From OCS116 cluster bacterium AG-390-I16 (GTDB lineage: Bacteria > Pseudomonadota > Alphaproteobacteria > MED-G09), in assembly GCA_003279705.1 (NCBI GenBank), contig QCGZ01000004.1, positions 1,529-65,528 on the forward strand: DNA of 64,000 nucleotides, given 5' to 3'. The notes below the pieces were generated by a model. That model saw only the letters and a program-made list of their open reading frames with translations, was not told the DNA's origin and did no database searches. This document shows, in pieces, positions 1 through 9,154 of this stretch; the stretch's first letter is position 1; each line of letters starts with the position of its first letter. Position numbers and translations under genes: made by a program.

Positions 1-153
1 GCCATAATGACTTGGAGTTTATCAGGGTTTGTTTTTGCCCTTTGGACAACATTTAATCTTCTCCCAAGAGCTTTAAAACATCACTCATGGTATAAAGATA
101 AATTTGATAATTATCCAAAAGATCGAAAAGCCATAATTCCGAAAATTTTATAA
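1..153 (+). CDS. 3-oxo-5-alpha-steroid 4-dehydrogenase (steroid 5-alpha-reductase family), C-terminal fragment running in from the window edge
   Basis: Frame +1, not in the ORF track, reads AIMTWSLSGFVFALWTTFNLLPRALKHHSWYKDKFDNYPKDRKAIIPKIL*. RA..HH.WY...F..YPK.RKA.IP is the characteristic SRD5A/DET2 C-terminus. Confidence 0.85.
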   Translation, partial: AIMTWSLSGFVFALWTTFNLLPRALKHHSWYKDKFDNYPKDRKAIIPKIL

Positions 154-1086
154 TTACCCGCCTGATGGTGTAGTTATATCATCATCAATAGGAACCCAAT
201 CTTGTTGTTTTACCCACTCACTAAAAGTGGTTAATTTAATTGGAATTTCTTCTAAAACATCCTCCATATCAACCTTAAATGGATTTAGATTATCGGTGTT
301 TTCGTTATTATACTCATAAAAACCCTGCATTGCAGCTATATAATCTTCCCTACCAATATCACTTACACCCTCAAAAATATCTGCCATGCGAATTGCAAAC
401 TCTTTTGGCGTTAATGTTTTAGGCTTTATTGATCTTCCAAGGTGTCCTGATAATGTATCAGCAATTCTTTGAGGAGTTAAAACTTCTGGCCCACCTATTA
501 CCATTGCCCTACCTATAAGGTCATCTCTTTCAAGTGAGGCAATCATAAATTTAGCAACGTCGTCTAAACAAATCCAATTAGCTTGAAGCCCCTCTTTATG
601 AGGATAAGCAAATTCATCATTTTCAATAATATCGTTTCTAGCCCACTTAGTTAAAGTATTGTCCATGAATAATACTGGTCTGAAAATAGTTGTTCTTGCA
701 CCGCCTTGCTTTAAAGCTCTTTCAGTAGCTAAAACTCTATCATAATTATACTGACCAATTTCATCATCAGGTGCGTATGCAGCCGTTTGATATATAAGTC
801 TTATATCTGCCCTTGCAGCAGCAGCTCCAACAGCAGCACAAAAATCAATCATTTTCGTAACTTGTTCAAATGAAGGTTTATTATAAAAAGCGGCATCAGA
901 TCCTTTTATCGCATTATCGAGGCTTTCAGGATCATTATAATCTGCTGAAACTTCAGTCACATTTTCATTTTTAAAAACACCTTTTTTTCTGGTGATAGCT
1001 CTTACTTGATAGCCGGCTAGCAATAATTGACGAACTTGTGCCTGCCCCATTCTCCCTGAAGCACCAAAAACAGTTACTAATGTCAT
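154..1086 (-). CDS. NmrA-family NAD(P)-binding protein (atypical SDR)
   Basis: N-terminal VFGASGRMG Rossmann motif; TIFRPVLFMDN and WICLDDVAK motifs typical of NmrA-like proteins. Confidence 0.8.
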   Translation of the reverse strand: MTLVTVFGASGRMGQAQVRQLLLAGYQVRAITRKKGVFKNENVTEVSADYNDPESLDNAIKGSDAAFYNKPSFEQVTKMIDFCAAVGAAAARADIRLIYQTAAYAPDDEIGQYNYDRVLATERALKQGGARTTIFRPVLFMDNTLTKWARNDIIENDEFAYPHKEGLQANWICLDDVAKFMIASLERDDLIGRAMVIGGPEVLTPQRIADTLSGHLGRSIKPKTLTPKEFAIRMADIFEGVSDIGREDYIAAMQGFYEYNNENTDNLNPFKVDMEDVLEEIPIKLTTFSEWVKQQDWVPIDDDITTPSGG

Positions 1087-1126
1087 AGAAATCCCCTTAG
1101 TCAGTTTAACTTATTTATTAAATAAC

Positions 1127-1891
1127 CTATCGGCCTGATAGTAATTTAACAAGCCATTTTGGGGTTATTTTCATTAAAAAAACCAAAATTTTATAATGCC
1201 AACCATTTATAATTATTTCTTTACCAGACATTGAGGCTTCATATGCTTGCTCAACCACGGTTCTTGATTCCATCCACATAAATGAAGGAATAGAACTTTT
1301 AAAATCCTTCATCTCTTTATGAAATTCAGTGTGCGTAAAACCAGGACATACAGAGCAAGAAAAAATATTCTTATTTTTATAATCATTATGTATCATTTCT
1401 GAAAATTTTAAGAGCATTAATTTTGTAGCAATATACATTCCACCAGAATTTGTATAAGGAGCAAAAGCGGCAACAGATGATATATTTATAATTCTTCCAA
1501 ATTTTCTTTTTATCATTCCTGGTAAAAATAATCTTGTCAGTGCGATTGCTGAAGTAGACAAAACATTTATAAAATCTATATGATCCTTTAAAGATACTTC
1601 TTCAAAACTATCAGTTAATCCGTAACCAGCATTATTTATTAAAACATTAATTTGAATTTTGTTTTCTTCACAAAAATTATAAATTTCTTCAGTTGATTTT
1701 AAATCACTTAGATCACAAGAAATGATAAAAGCTTTTATTCCAAATTTATTGGTTAGGTTACTTTTAATTGCTTCTAAATTTTTTTCTCTTCTAGCAGTAA
1801 GGACTAAATCATAACCTTTCTCAGCAAATAAAGTTGCAAAATCTTTTCCTAGCCCAGAGGAGGCACCTGTTATAAGTACAGTTTTATTCAT
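1127..1891 (-). CDS. Short-chain dehydrogenase/reductase (DltE-like)
   Basis: TGASSGLG, NNAG, catalytic YIATK (YxxxK), CPGFTHTEF. Confidence 0.9.
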   Translation of the reverse strand: MNKTVLITGASSGLGKDFATLFAEKGYDLVLTARREKNLEAIKSNLTNKFGIKAFIISCDLSDLKSTEEIYNFCEENKIQINVLINNAGYGLTDSFEEVSLKDHIDFINVLSTSAIALTRLFLPGMIKRKFGRIINISSVAAFAPYTNSGGMYIATKLMLLKFSEMIHNDYKNKNIFSCSVCPGFTHTEFHKEMKDFKSSIPSFMWMESRTVVEQAYEASMSGKEIIINGWHYKILVFLMKITPKWLVKLLSGR

Positions 1892-1903
1892 AAAAATCCT
1901 TAA

Positions 1904-3187
1904 TTAACGTTTTTCAAAAGTTAAATGAAGCTCTTTTAAACCTCTTAAGGCAAAGTGAGGATGGTGAAGAAAATCATTCTTGTTCTCTGCTAGATTAATA
2001 TTTTTTAAACGCTTTAATAATATATCAAAGGCCATTCTCATTTCCTGTCTAGCCAGCGGTGCGCCAATACAATGATGATGGGAGATGCCGTAAGCAAGAT
2101 GTTTTCCTGGATTTTTTCTTTCTAAGTCCATATGCATAGGACAACTAAACATTTCCTCATCTCGATTTGCAGAACCAAACCTCATATCAATTATTGAACC
2201 CTCAGGAATTGTTACATCGCCTATTGTTACATCTTTTCGAACTCTTCTAAAAAGACTTTGAACTGGTGTTTCAAGTCTAATAATTTCCTCCACAAAATTT
2301 TTAAGTTTTGATTTTCCGGTAATTAAATCATTAAGTTTTTCTTTCTGTTGCATCAAAATTAACATTCCACCAGCTATTGAGTTAGTAGTAGTTTCATTAC
2401 CTCCAATATTTAATGCACTTACCATCGATAAAAGCTCTTCAGTAATTAATTGACTTCCATCTTCAAATTTAAAATTGACTAAGTCTGAGATAATATCTTC
2501 TTTTGGGTTTTTTCTTTTTTCTTCAAATGTCTTATTCATATAGTGCTGAAATTTAACTAATCTTTCTGCGCATGCGATTTCTTCATCCTCTGTTAATCTT
2601 TGACTTAAACCCTCTGATGTATCAAAAGACCAAGCCTTTAACTTTGATAAATCCTTCTTTGGAAAACCTAATCTATCTTGAATAATATTCATTGGTAGAG
2701 GGACACAAAATTGTGAAATAAACTCAACTTCACCATCATCAATAAAATCATCAATTAGTTCATTAATTAAATCTTTAATATAAGGTTCCATTTTTCTTAT
2801 CTTACTGGCTGTAAAGCTAGGGTTTGATGCTTTTCGAAATTTTGTATGATGCGGTGGTTCAGAGTCAAACGTTGCTATTTGGCTCCAACCCTTTTCTATG
2901 AAAACTTTTTTAACCTTTTCTCCATTCTTCCAATAACCATTCTTTTTATTTTCCTCTTTAATATCTTTATCCCAATACCCCGACAAATCTCTAGAAAAGA
3001 ACTCATAGTCTGTTAAGACCCTTTTTAAATCGTTATATTTAGAAACAACAAAAAAACCAGTATCAGGACTTAAATAAATAGGAGCCTCTTCCCTTAAAAA
3101 TTCATAAGCCTCATAAGGATTCTCTTGCAGATTAGGATCTAAGAAATTGATATCAGATAATTTAATTCTATTTTCTTTCATATTCAT
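1904..3187 (-). CDS. Cytochrome P450
   Basis: I-helix GGNETT, ExxR (EIIR), SANRDE, heme-ligand loop AYGISHHHCIG. Confidence 0.93.
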   Translation of the reverse strand: MNMKENRIKLSDINFLDPNLQENPYEAYEFLREEAPIYLSPDTGFFVVSKYNDLKRVLTDYEFFSRDLSGYWDKDIKEENKKNGYWKNGEKVKKVFIEKGWSQIATFDSEPPHHTKFRKASNPSFTASKIRKMEPYIKDLINELIDDFIDDGEVEFISQFCVPLPMNIIQDRLGFPKKDLSKLKAWSFDTSEGLSQRLTEDEEIACAERLVKFQHYMNKTFEEKRKNPKEDIISDLVNFKFEDGSQLITEELLSMVSALNIGGNETTTNSIAGGMLILMQQKEKLNDLITGKSKLKNFVEEIIRLETPVQSLFRRVRKDVTIGDVTIPEGSIIDMRFGSANRDEEMFSCPMHMDLERKNPGKHLAYGISHHHCIGAPLARQEMRMAFDILLKRLKNINLAENKNDFLHHPHFALRGLKELHLTFEKR

Positions 3188-6100
3188 CTATCTTCTAGAG
3201 TGAATGCAATTAAGTGATCTGAGGCTGGAGAACCAACTGCCCAATGTCCTCCTGCAGCAATTACTACAAATTGTTTCCCATTCTTATTTGTATAAGTCAT
3301 TGGTGTTGCATGACCAGCTGTTGGTAATCTAAATTTTGCTAGCTCTTCACCTGTTTCAGTCTTAAATGCTCTTAAATAATAATCACTGGTTGCTGCTATA
3401 AATGTCAAACCTGAAGCAGTAACTGTAGGACCACCTATATTTGGAGCTCCTTTGATCCACCAAAAAGGAAAGGGTGCTAAATCTTTAGATGTTCCTAACG
3501 GAATTTGCCATAAATGATCACCAGTATTTAAGTCGATTGCAGTAAGATTTCCCCAAGGGGGTTTAGTGCATGGAACCCCTAACGGAGACATAAATCCATA
3601 AGCTCTTATAGTACAGTATGGAGTCCCCTCATTTTGTTGTAATGCTGAAAATCTTGATTGAACACTATCTCTTGCTAATTCTTTAAGAGCTTTATCACAA
3701 TCTTTCCTTGGAACCATTACTATTGTACTTGATAAATTCATTGTATTGGCAATAAGAATATTCCTGGATGCATCAACTGCAGGACCTCCCCAATTTGCAC
3801 CTCCTATTGCACTCGGATAGTGAACGCTTCCCTCTAAAGACGGAGGAGTATAAAGACCTTCATTTCTTAAATCTTCTGCAGCTTTTTTACAATAACCCTT
3901 GTCCCAGGGAGTAAAACCAAAAACTTCTTCAGGATCTAAATAAGTTGGCGTCAAAGGAGCTGGTTTTGATGGGAAAGGCTGAGTTTTAGTAACATAATCA
4001 CCCTCAACAGCACCTTGAGGAACCTCTCGCTCCTCTATAGGAAAAATAGGCTCACCTGTCTCTCTGTTTAATAGAAAAATAAAACCCATTTTGGTTGTCT
4101 GTGCTAATGCTTTTATAACCTTTCCATCTTTTTCATAATCATAAAATGTTGGTTGAGAGGGAACATCATAATCCCAAATATCATGATAAACTGTTTGAAA
4201 ATGCCAAACAACTTCTCCTGTTGATGCATCTAAGGCTACTACAGAGCTAGAATAATAATCTGAACCGTTTCTATGGCCACCATAATTATCTGCAGCGGTA
4301 TTTCCTGTAGGAAGGTAAACTAAATTTAATTCAGGGTCAGTCGATATAATCGACCACACATTCGTTGTACCTCTTTGATATAATTGTTGTCCATCTTCAT
4401 CAATTATAGGCTCTTGTCCTGGAGGTATTGGATCCCAATACCATATTAAATCACCTGTTTCAGTCTTAAATGCTCTTAAATAATAATCACTGGTTGCTGC
4501 TATAAATGTCAAACCTGAAGCAGTAACTGTAGGACCACCTATATTTGGAGCTCCTTTGATCCACCAAAAAGGAAAGGGTGCTAAATCTTTAGATGTTCCT
4601 AACGGAATTTGCCATAAATGATCACCAGTATTTAAGTCGATTGCAGTAAGATTTCCCCAAGGGGGTTTAGTGCATGGAACCCCTAACGGAGACATAAATC
4701 CATAAGCTCTTATAGTACAGTATGGAGTCCCCTCATTTTGTTGTAATGCTGAAAATCTTGATTGAACACTATCTCTTGCTAATTCTTTAAGAGCTTTATC
4801 ACAATCTTTCCTTGGAACCATTACTATTGTACTTGATAAATTCATTGTATTGGCAATAAGAATATTCCTGGATGCATCAACTGCAGGACCTCCCCAATTT
4901 GCACCTCCTATTGCACTCGGATAGTGAACGCTTCCCTCTAAAGACGGAGGAGTATAAAGACCTTCATTTCTTAAATCTTCTGCAGCTTTTTTACAATAAC
5001 CCTTGTCCCAGGGAGTAAAACCAAAAACTTCTTCAGGATCTAAATAAGTTGGCGTCAAAGGAGCTGGTTTTGATGGGAAAGGCTGAGTTTTAGTAACATA
5101 ATCACCCTCAACAGCACCTTGAGGAACCTCTCGCTCCTCTATAGGAAAAATAGGCTCACCTGTCTCTCTGTTTAATAGAAAAATAAAACCCATTTTGGTT
5201 GTCTGTGCTAATGCTTTTATAACCTTTCCATCTTTTTCATAATCATAAAATGTTGGTTGAGAGGGAACATCATAATCCCAAATATCATGATAAACTGTTT
5301 GAAAATGCCAAACAACTTCTCCTGTTGATGCATCTAAGGCTACTACAGAGCTAGAATAATAATCTGAACCGTTTCTATGGCCACCATAATTATCTGCAGC
5401 GGTATTTCCTGTAGGAAGGTAAACTAAATTTAATTCAGGGTCAGTCGATATAATCGACCACACATTCGTTGTACCTCTTTGATATAATTGTTGTCCATCT
5501 TCATCAATTATAGGCTCTTGTCCTGGAGGTATTGGATCCCAATACCATATTAAATCACCTGTTCTAATATTATAAGCGCGAACAACTCCGCCAGGAACAG
5601 AGGTACTTACATTATCAGCAATACCCCCACCAACAACAACTACATCACCAATAATTGCTGGAGGAGAAACACTATAATAATAAGCAGGATTATGTTGACC
5701 CAGACCATCTCTTAAATTCACTCTTCCATAATCTCCAAAATCAGCACAAAGTTTTCCAGTCTTTCCGTCTATAGCAAAAAGTTCAGCGTCAATTGTTCCA
5801 GTAATAATCCGATGATAGCATTCTTCATTTTCAGATTTATTTATATCTATCCAGCTACCAACTCCTCTACAATGAAGAAGTGCTTTTTGTTCAATTTCTA
5901 CTTTGGGATCAAATACCCATTTCTCTTCTCCAGTTTCAGGGTCTAATGCAAAAACTCTGTTGTAAGGTGTGCAATAAAATAAAGTATCATTGACTAAAAT
6001 TGGTGTTGCTTGGAATGATGTTTGCTGACTGCTGTTTGGTGTAACATCTTCAGTCCAATTCAAACCAGCATGAAAATCACCTGACCTATGTGTCCAAATT

Positions 6101-6255
6101 TTTTTTAAATTTTTTACATTTTCAGGTGTAATTTCATCAGCCTCAGAATAATGACCGCCACCAGAGTCTTTCCCATATGAAGACCAATCATCATTTTTTG
6201 CATTAAGTGATTGGTATGAGATAATAAAAATTAATATAAAAAGTATTCTAAGCAT
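3184..6255 (-). CDS. PQQ-dependent dehydrogenase (Gcd/QuiA-like, signal peptide) with a 368-aa internal tandem duplication
   Basis: Likely start MLRILFILIF at 6255, followed by a signal peptide. Motifs FQATP, HDIWDYD, GGANWGG, GGPTVTASG, ATPMTY. The segment GDLIWY...AFKTET occurs twice. Confidence 0.88.
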   Translation of the reverse strand: MLRILFILIFIISYQSLNAKNDDWSSYGKDSGGGHYSEADEITPENVKNLKKIWTHRSGDFHAGLNWTEDVTPNSSQQTSFQATPILVNDTLFYCTPYNRVFALDPETGEEKWVFDPKVEIEQKALLHCRGVGSWIDINKSENEECYHRIITGTIDAELFAIDGKTGKLCADFGDYGRVNLRDGLGQHNPAYYYSVSPPAIIGDVVVVGGGIADNVSTSVPGGVVRAYNIRTGDLIWYWDPIPPGQEPIIDEDGQQLYQRGTTNVWSIISTDPELNLVYLPTGNTAADNYGGHRNGSDYYSSSVVALDASTGEVVWHFQTVYHDIWDYDVPSQPTFYDYEKDGKVIKALAQTTKMGFIFLLNRETGEPIFPIEEREVPQGAVEGDYVTKTQPFPSKPAPLTPTYLDPEEVFGFTPWDKGYCKKAAEDLRNEGLYTPPSLEGSVHYPSAIGGANWGGPAVDASRNILIANTMNLSSTIVMVPRKDCDKALKELARDSVQSRFSALQQNEGTPYCTIRAYGFMSPLGVPCTKPPWGNLTAIDLNTGDHLWQIPLGTSKDLAPFPFWWIKGAPNIGGPTVTASGLTFIAATSDYYLRAFKTETGDLIWYWDPIPPGQEPIIDEDGQQLYQRGTTNVWSIISTDPELNLVYLPTGNTAADNYGGHRNGSDYYSSSVVALDASTGEVVWHFQTVYHDIWDYDVPSQPTFYDYEKDGKVIKALAQTTKMGFIFLLNRETGEPIFPIEEREVPQGAVEGDYVTKTQPFPSKPAPLTPTYLDPEEVFGFTPWDKGYCKKAAEDLRNEGLYTPPSLEGSVHYPSAIGGANWGGPAVDASRNILIANTMNLSSTIVMVPRKDCDKALKELARDSVQSRFSALQQNEGTPYCTIRAYGFMSPLGVPCTKPPWGNLTAIDLNTGDHLWQIPLGTSKDLAPFPFWWIKGAPNIGGPTVTASGLTFIAATSDYYLRAFKTETGEELAKFRLPTAGHATPMTYTNKNGKQFVVIAAGGHWAVGSPASDHLIAFTLEDR
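3347..5563. repeat. Direct tandem duplication, 1104-bp unit x2, bounded by a 9-bp microhomology TCACCTGTT
   Basis: TCACCTGTT starts at 3347, 4451 and 5555 (spacing 1104). The two units look identical by eye and in translation. Confidence 0.95.
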
Positions 6256-6263
6256 AAAATATC

Positions 6264-8225
6264 CTAATTGTTTTTGGGAAGTGTAAAGGCAATCAAATGA
6301 TCTGAAGCTGGCGTTCCAATAGCCCAATGTCCTCCTGCAGCGATTACAACAAACTGTTTACCTTCTTTATTAGTATAAGTCATAGGTGTTGCGTGTGCAC
6401 CTGTGGGAAGTCTGAACTTAGCAATTTCTTCACCTGTTTCAGTATTGAAAGCTCTTAAGTAATGATCACTTGTAGCACCTATAAAGGTTACTCCGGATGC
6501 AGTAACTGTAGGACCTCCCATATTTGGAGCTCCTTTAATCCACCAAAAAGGGAAAGGTGCTAAATCTTTAGAAGTTCCTAGTGGAACATTCCATAAATGT
6601 TCACCAGTATTAAGATCAACTGCAGTTAATGTTCCCCAAGGAGGCTCAGTACATGGTACACCTAAAGGAGAAAAGAAACCCATCGAACGAAGATTGCAAT
6701 ATGGAGCACCCTCATTTGATTCAATATTAGTAAATCTAACTTGGTTTTTATTAATTGAGAGCTCTTCAAGAGGTTTAGCACAATCCTCCCTAGGAATCAT
6801 AACTATCAAACTAGCCATGTTATTTGTATTAACAACCATGATATTTCTTTTTGAATCGACAGCAGGTCCTCCCCAATTATTTCCACCAACACCACTAGGA
6901 TAATGAATACTTCCTTGAAGAGAAGGAGGTGTAAATAGACCTTCATTCCTCAATTTCTTCGCTGTTCTCTTACAATGACCTCGGTCCCAAAAAGTAAAGC
7001 CAAAAGCTTTATCAGGATCAAAATATGTAGGATTTAAAGGTGCTGGTTTAGATGGAAAAGGTTGAGTTTTACTAACATAGTCCCCTTCGATAGCTCCTTG
7101 AGGAACCTCTCTTTCTTCAATTGGAAAAATGGGCTCACCTGTTTTCCTGTTCAGTAGAAAAGTAAGCCCAGTTTTTGTTGTTTGTGCAAGCGCTTTTATA
7201 ATTTTTCCATCTCTTTGAAATTCGTAAAAAGTTGGTTGAGACGGAACATCGTAATCCCAAATATCATGATGAACTGTTTGAAAACTCCAAACTAATTTTC
7301 CTGTATCGGCATTTAAAGCGACAACAGAGCTTGAATATTCTTCAAGACCTTCTCTATGGCCACCATAGTAGTCAGGAGATGCATTTCCAGTAGGAAGGTA
7401 AACCATATTTAAATCTGGATCAGCTGATATTATTGACCAAACATTTGCCGTTCCTCTCCTGTATAATGGATTACCATTATCATCTAAAATAGTTGCTTCA
7501 TCAGGAGGAATTGGATCCCAATACCAGGCTAATTCCCCTGATCTTATATCAAAAGCTCTTACCACACCCCCAGGAATGTCTATTGATAAATTATCAATAA
7601 CACTTCCACCTACTACAATTTTTTCATTGATGATTGCTGGTGGAGAAGTGCTCCAATAATATAAAGCAGGATGTTCACCGAGTCCTTCTCTTAAATTTAC
7701 TCTTCCATTATTTCCAAAACCCTCACAAAGTTTTCCATTCTTACCGTCTATTGAGAAAAGTTCCGCATCAATGGTAACGCCCATTATTCTATGATAACAA
7801 CTATCAGAGGGTAACTTTGTTTCATCTTTCCAGCTACTTAAACCTCTGCAAGCTAAAATTGCTCTACCATCTTTTTTAAGCTTAGGATCAAAAACCCACT
7901 TTTCTTCTCCAGTTTCAGGATTAAGAGCAAAAACTCTATTGTAAGATGTGCAATAAAATAATGTATCATCAACTAAAAGAGGTGTTGCTTGAAAGGATGT
8001 TTGATATTCTCCACCTTTTACGCCCGCAGAATTTGCTCCACCTTTATAATCACCCGACCTATGAACCCATACTTTTTCTAACTTTCCAACATTTTCAGGG
8101 GTTATTTCATCTGCTTTTGAAAAATGTCCTCCACCAGATCCTTTGCCATAAGCTGTCCAATCATCGGTCGCAGAAAAAACTGGGTTTATAAAGAAAATAG
8201 TAAGAAGAAGAAGAAGAAAACGCAT
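6264..8225 (-). CDS. PQQ-dependent dehydrogenase (Gcd/QuiA-like, signal peptide), paralog of the downstream gene
   Basis: Signal peptide MRFLLLLLTIFFINPVFS; FQATP, HHDIWDYD, GGNNWGG, GGPTVTASG, ATPMTY. Confidence 0.92.
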   Translation of the reverse strand: MRFLLLLLTIFFINPVFSATDDWTAYGKGSGGGHFSKADEITPENVGKLEKVWVHRSGDYKGGANSAGVKGGEYQTSFQATPLLVDDTLFYCTSYNRVFALNPETGEEKWVFDPKLKKDGRAILACRGLSSWKDETKLPSDSCYHRIMGVTIDAELFSIDGKNGKLCEGFGNNGRVNLREGLGEHPALYYWSTSPPAIINEKIVVGGSVIDNLSIDIPGGVVRAFDIRSGELAWYWDPIPPDEATILDDNGNPLYRRGTANVWSIISADPDLNMVYLPTGNASPDYYGGHREGLEEYSSSVVALNADTGKLVWSFQTVHHDIWDYDVPSQPTFYEFQRDGKIIKALAQTTKTGLTFLLNRKTGEPIFPIEEREVPQGAIEGDYVSKTQPFPSKPAPLNPTYFDPDKAFGFTFWDRGHCKRTAKKLRNEGLFTPPSLQGSIHYPSGVGGNNWGGPAVDSKRNIMVVNTNNMASLIVMIPREDCAKPLEELSINKNQVRFTNIESNEGAPYCNLRSMGFFSPLGVPCTEPPWGTLTAVDLNTGEHLWNVPLGTSKDLAPFPFWWIKGAPNMGGPTVTASGVTFIGATSDHYLRAFNTETGEEIAKFRLPTGAHATPMTYTNKEGKQFVVIAAGGHWAIGTPASDHLIAFTLPKNN

Positions 8226-8296
8226 ACATTACCCCTATATAAATAAAGACTATTATATAAGTAGTTTTTGAAAAATGCTTCAATAAAAAATAAGAA

Positions 8297-9130
8297 TTAT
8301 TTATTTAATTTTTGTATAATTGATGGAGGTTTTCCTAAGAAATATTCAACATAATTTTGAATTCTTTTAGTTTCTTTCTCTATATCATCAACGATAGAGG
8401 AAGGTTCAACTGATTTTCCAAATTTTATACTATAATTAAAATTTTTTTTATTAAACAACTCTCTAAATAGGCCTACATCTTTTAATTCTGTATTAACTAT
8501 TTCTAAAAAATAAAAAAGAAGAGAATTTGATCCAGTTATATGAAACGGAACAATTGGTGCGTTATATTTCTTTGAGAGTTTTATTATTGTTGTTAACCAA
8601 GGTCTTTCATATAAATATACACCCTTTCTTTTAGAAAGACGTGAGGAGGGGAAAACCAACAAAGCTTTATTTGCTAAAAGAGCATCCTTAGTTGATTTTA
8701 AAATCATACGGCTTTTTTCAGATGATTTATTTTTTTCATTCCAATCAACTGGAATAATTATATCCTGAAACCCTTTAGCAATTTTAATCATATCTGAGTT
8801 AGCGTATAGGGTATAATCAGGTCTATGTTCCTTTAATACATCAAACATTACGATACCATCAGTTAAACCAGTTGGATGATTACCAGCTAGTATTATTGGC
8901 CCACTTTTAGGTACATTATTGATATCTTTAATAAAATGGTCTGACTGAAGAAAATTAGTTAAGTAAGTAAAACACTCAAATCCTGACTTTTCAGAAATAT
9001 CATCAACAATTCTCTTTGCGTCATAATATTTAAAAACCTTAAAGATAGATGGCTTAATAAACGACCACAAAATCTTATTTCTCATAAGATTTGGGCACCT
9101 TTCTTCCATTATTTCATCAATAGGATGCAT
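8297..9130 (-). CDS. Lysophospholipid/glycerolipid acyltransferase (PlsC superfamily)
   Basis: GPIILAGNHPTGLTDG (NHxxxxxD variant), LLVFPS, APIVPFHI. Confidence 0.8.
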   Translation of the reverse strand: MHPIDEIMEERCPNLMRNKILWSFIKPSIFKVFKYYDAKRIVDDISEKSGFECFTYLTNFLQSDHFIKDINNVPKSGPIILAGNHPTGLTDGIVMFDVLKEHRPDYTLYANSDMIKIAKGFQDIIIPVDWNEKNKSSEKSRMILKSTKDALLANKALLVFPSSRLSKRKGVYLYERPWLTTIIKLSKKYNAPIVPFHITGSNSLLFYFLEIVNTELKDVGLFRELFNKKNFNYSIKFGKSVEPSSIVDDIEKETKRIQNYVEYFLGKPPSIIQKLNK

Positions 9131-9154
9131 AAAATTGTCTATCCTTAATTTTAA

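Noticed and set aside
3347-5563. Long repeat as an IS element or CRISPR array
   Set aside because: No transposase, terminal inverted repeats or spacers; it is an internal gene duplication.
6256-6327. N-terminal extension MGYWNASF... of the 1047-aa ORF
   Set aside because: It overlaps the 3' end of the upstream paralog; the signal peptide begins at the Met at 6255.
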